Assembly: GCA_021613535.1 (NCBI GenBank)
Contig: CP075494.1
Location: forward strand, 15,004,001-15,068,000
From: Adineta vaga
Taxonomy: Eukaryota; Animalia; Rotifera
DNA: 64,000 nucleotides
Direction of reading: 5' to 3'
Positions 62,607 to 64,000 of this stretch are shown one piece after another. Made by a program: the position numbers and the translations under genes. Position 1 is the stretch's first letter, and each line of letters begins with the position of its first letter. The notes beneath the pieces were generated by a model. That model saw nothing but the letters and a program-made list of their open reading frames with translations. It searched no databases and had not been told where the DNA came from.

Positions 62607-63119
62607 ATGCTCACAATGCGAATGTGTTTGATTTTATTCATGGGATATTATTTGACCATTGACAAAATTGATGCTGGGAATGTGGATTTGACTCAATTTT
62701 CGGCAATGATCAATTATAAAGGTTATTCGTCTTGGGATTATTATGGTTATGGTTGTTGGTGAGTATTGAAGAAATTATCTATACATTGGAAGTTATTGTA
62801 TCCTATTTTTAATAGGTGTGGTTCGGGAACACATGGTACTGAAGTTGTAGATAGAACAGATAATTGCTGTCGAGTACATGATCTATGTTACGATGAAGTT
62901 CAAAGCCAAGGCTGTTCACCTAAATGGGGTGTATCATATTCTTGGAGTCGTTTATCAAATAGAGAAATTCGTTGTACTGATGGATATGGAACATGTGATC
63001 GAAAGACATGCGATTGTGATAAAGCAGCTGTGGACTGTTTTGCAGCGACTAGGAGAACATACAATAGCTTTTATCGTCAACTCTCTAATAGTCAAAAGCA
63101 ATATTTATGCAACTGGTGA
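62607..63119 (+). CDS. Secreted phospholipase A2 (group I/II-like)
   Basis: Signal peptide, Ca-loop YGCW/CGSG, DxCCxxHDxCY catalytic motif, CDCDKAAVDCF. Confidence 0.94.
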
Positions 63120-63214
63120 GTATCTCCACCATTAGAAAGTCATTGATCCAGTGAATAAAACATAATCCTGGGATTTTATGTCACTTTACCTCTTTATTAT
63201 ACTAAAATAAAATT

Positions 63215-63645
63215 TTATTCACAACATAATTCATTCCATTCAGCTTTAAAAACTGTTCCCCATGTTACAAAACATCTTGTATGTGGACATGGATTAGTTG
63301 TTTTAACTATTGTTCGTAAAGAATTGAAGAAAACATACATTTGAATATCAATTTCAATTGATTTAACACTATTATCGATATTGATAGTTGCAGATTGAAA
63401 TGAGGATAAACCACCGGAATTTGATAATTGTCCTTGATTTTTCGAATTTTGATAACGAACGAGAACACGAGCTATGTAAGCACCTCGATTTTCTAGACGA
63501 ATTTGTATCGAATTGATTTCTACAAGAAATAACACAAAGAAAGTCTTGAGAAAATCGTATTTTAATTGTTTCTAATCCTACCATTGAAACTAAAAAATAT
63601 AAGTAACAGATAAAGAGTAAAGTATTTGTTACGACGCAAAGACAT
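63215..63645 (-). CDS. Secreted stand-alone thiol-activated (cholesterol-dependent) cytolysin domain-4-like protein
   Basis: Signal exon MSLRRNKYFTLYLLLIFFSFN, then IRLENRGAYIARVLVRY...SLRTI...VTWGTVF, paralleling D4 'HSGAYVAQF...WRTV...IWGTTL'. Confidence 0.75.
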
Positions 63646-64000
63646 TTTCTAAATGAATCAATACCTGTAAGTACATATTTATTAATCGAATTGATTTTAT
63701 TGATTCATCCTCTTCTTTACATAACTAACAGAAGTTTCTAATCCAAACTACCACGCATAATCTTTATCAAATATCTACAGATGTTTGCTAATATGAACAT
63801 CTGCCGACTGAAATATGTTTAAATTATTTACAAAATAAAAAGAATCTATGAAGCAAAAGTATAACAGAATGTTTATTCTTATAAATATTCATTACATATA
63901 ATTTATCTTAATTGTGTCTAGTCTCATTAGACAAATATTAGACTTAATAGACAATTTCAGGAACTTTTCTTTACTTCAATATATAAAGAGACAAATAATT

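Overview
AT-rich, gene-dense eukaryotic DNA with short (~50-60 nt) GT-AG introns. Gene content, intron size and several foreign-looking genes point to a bdelloid rotifer (inference, no search run). The first ~14 kb is a tandem array of clan-3 (CYP3A-like) cytochrome P450s: four full-length copies, one 5'-truncated by the window edge, and two decayed fragments. The array shows gene-conversion mosaicism, a precise intron difference and a microhomology-bounded deletion. Ordinary metazoan genes follow: AP2S1, TRIQK, a TRIM-NHL, an ERG/FLI/FEV-type ETS factor, a class-A GPCR, a CABIT protein, tRNA-Val(TAC), a neuropeptide precursor, NFS1, LMAN1/ERGIC-53, a Kv-beta-type AKR, an ApoD lipocalin, a TM2 protein and an sPLA2. 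They are interleaved with candidate horizontally acquired or defence genes: nitronate monooxygenase, GH127/146-like and GH125 glycosidases, a Tma17/Adc17-like protein, an anti-LPS-factor-like protein, an ankyrin + R-S-E ADP-ribosyltransferase, and a stand-alone secreted cholesterol-dependent-cytolysin domain 4. A DD37D (maT) transposon remnant and a MITE lie at 54-55 kb. The best candidate for an undescribed system is the 59-64 kb cluster of membrane-lipid and toxin-derived genes. Several 1-nt deletions, mostly in homopolymers, are probably assembly errors. All family calls rest on motif recognition by eye.
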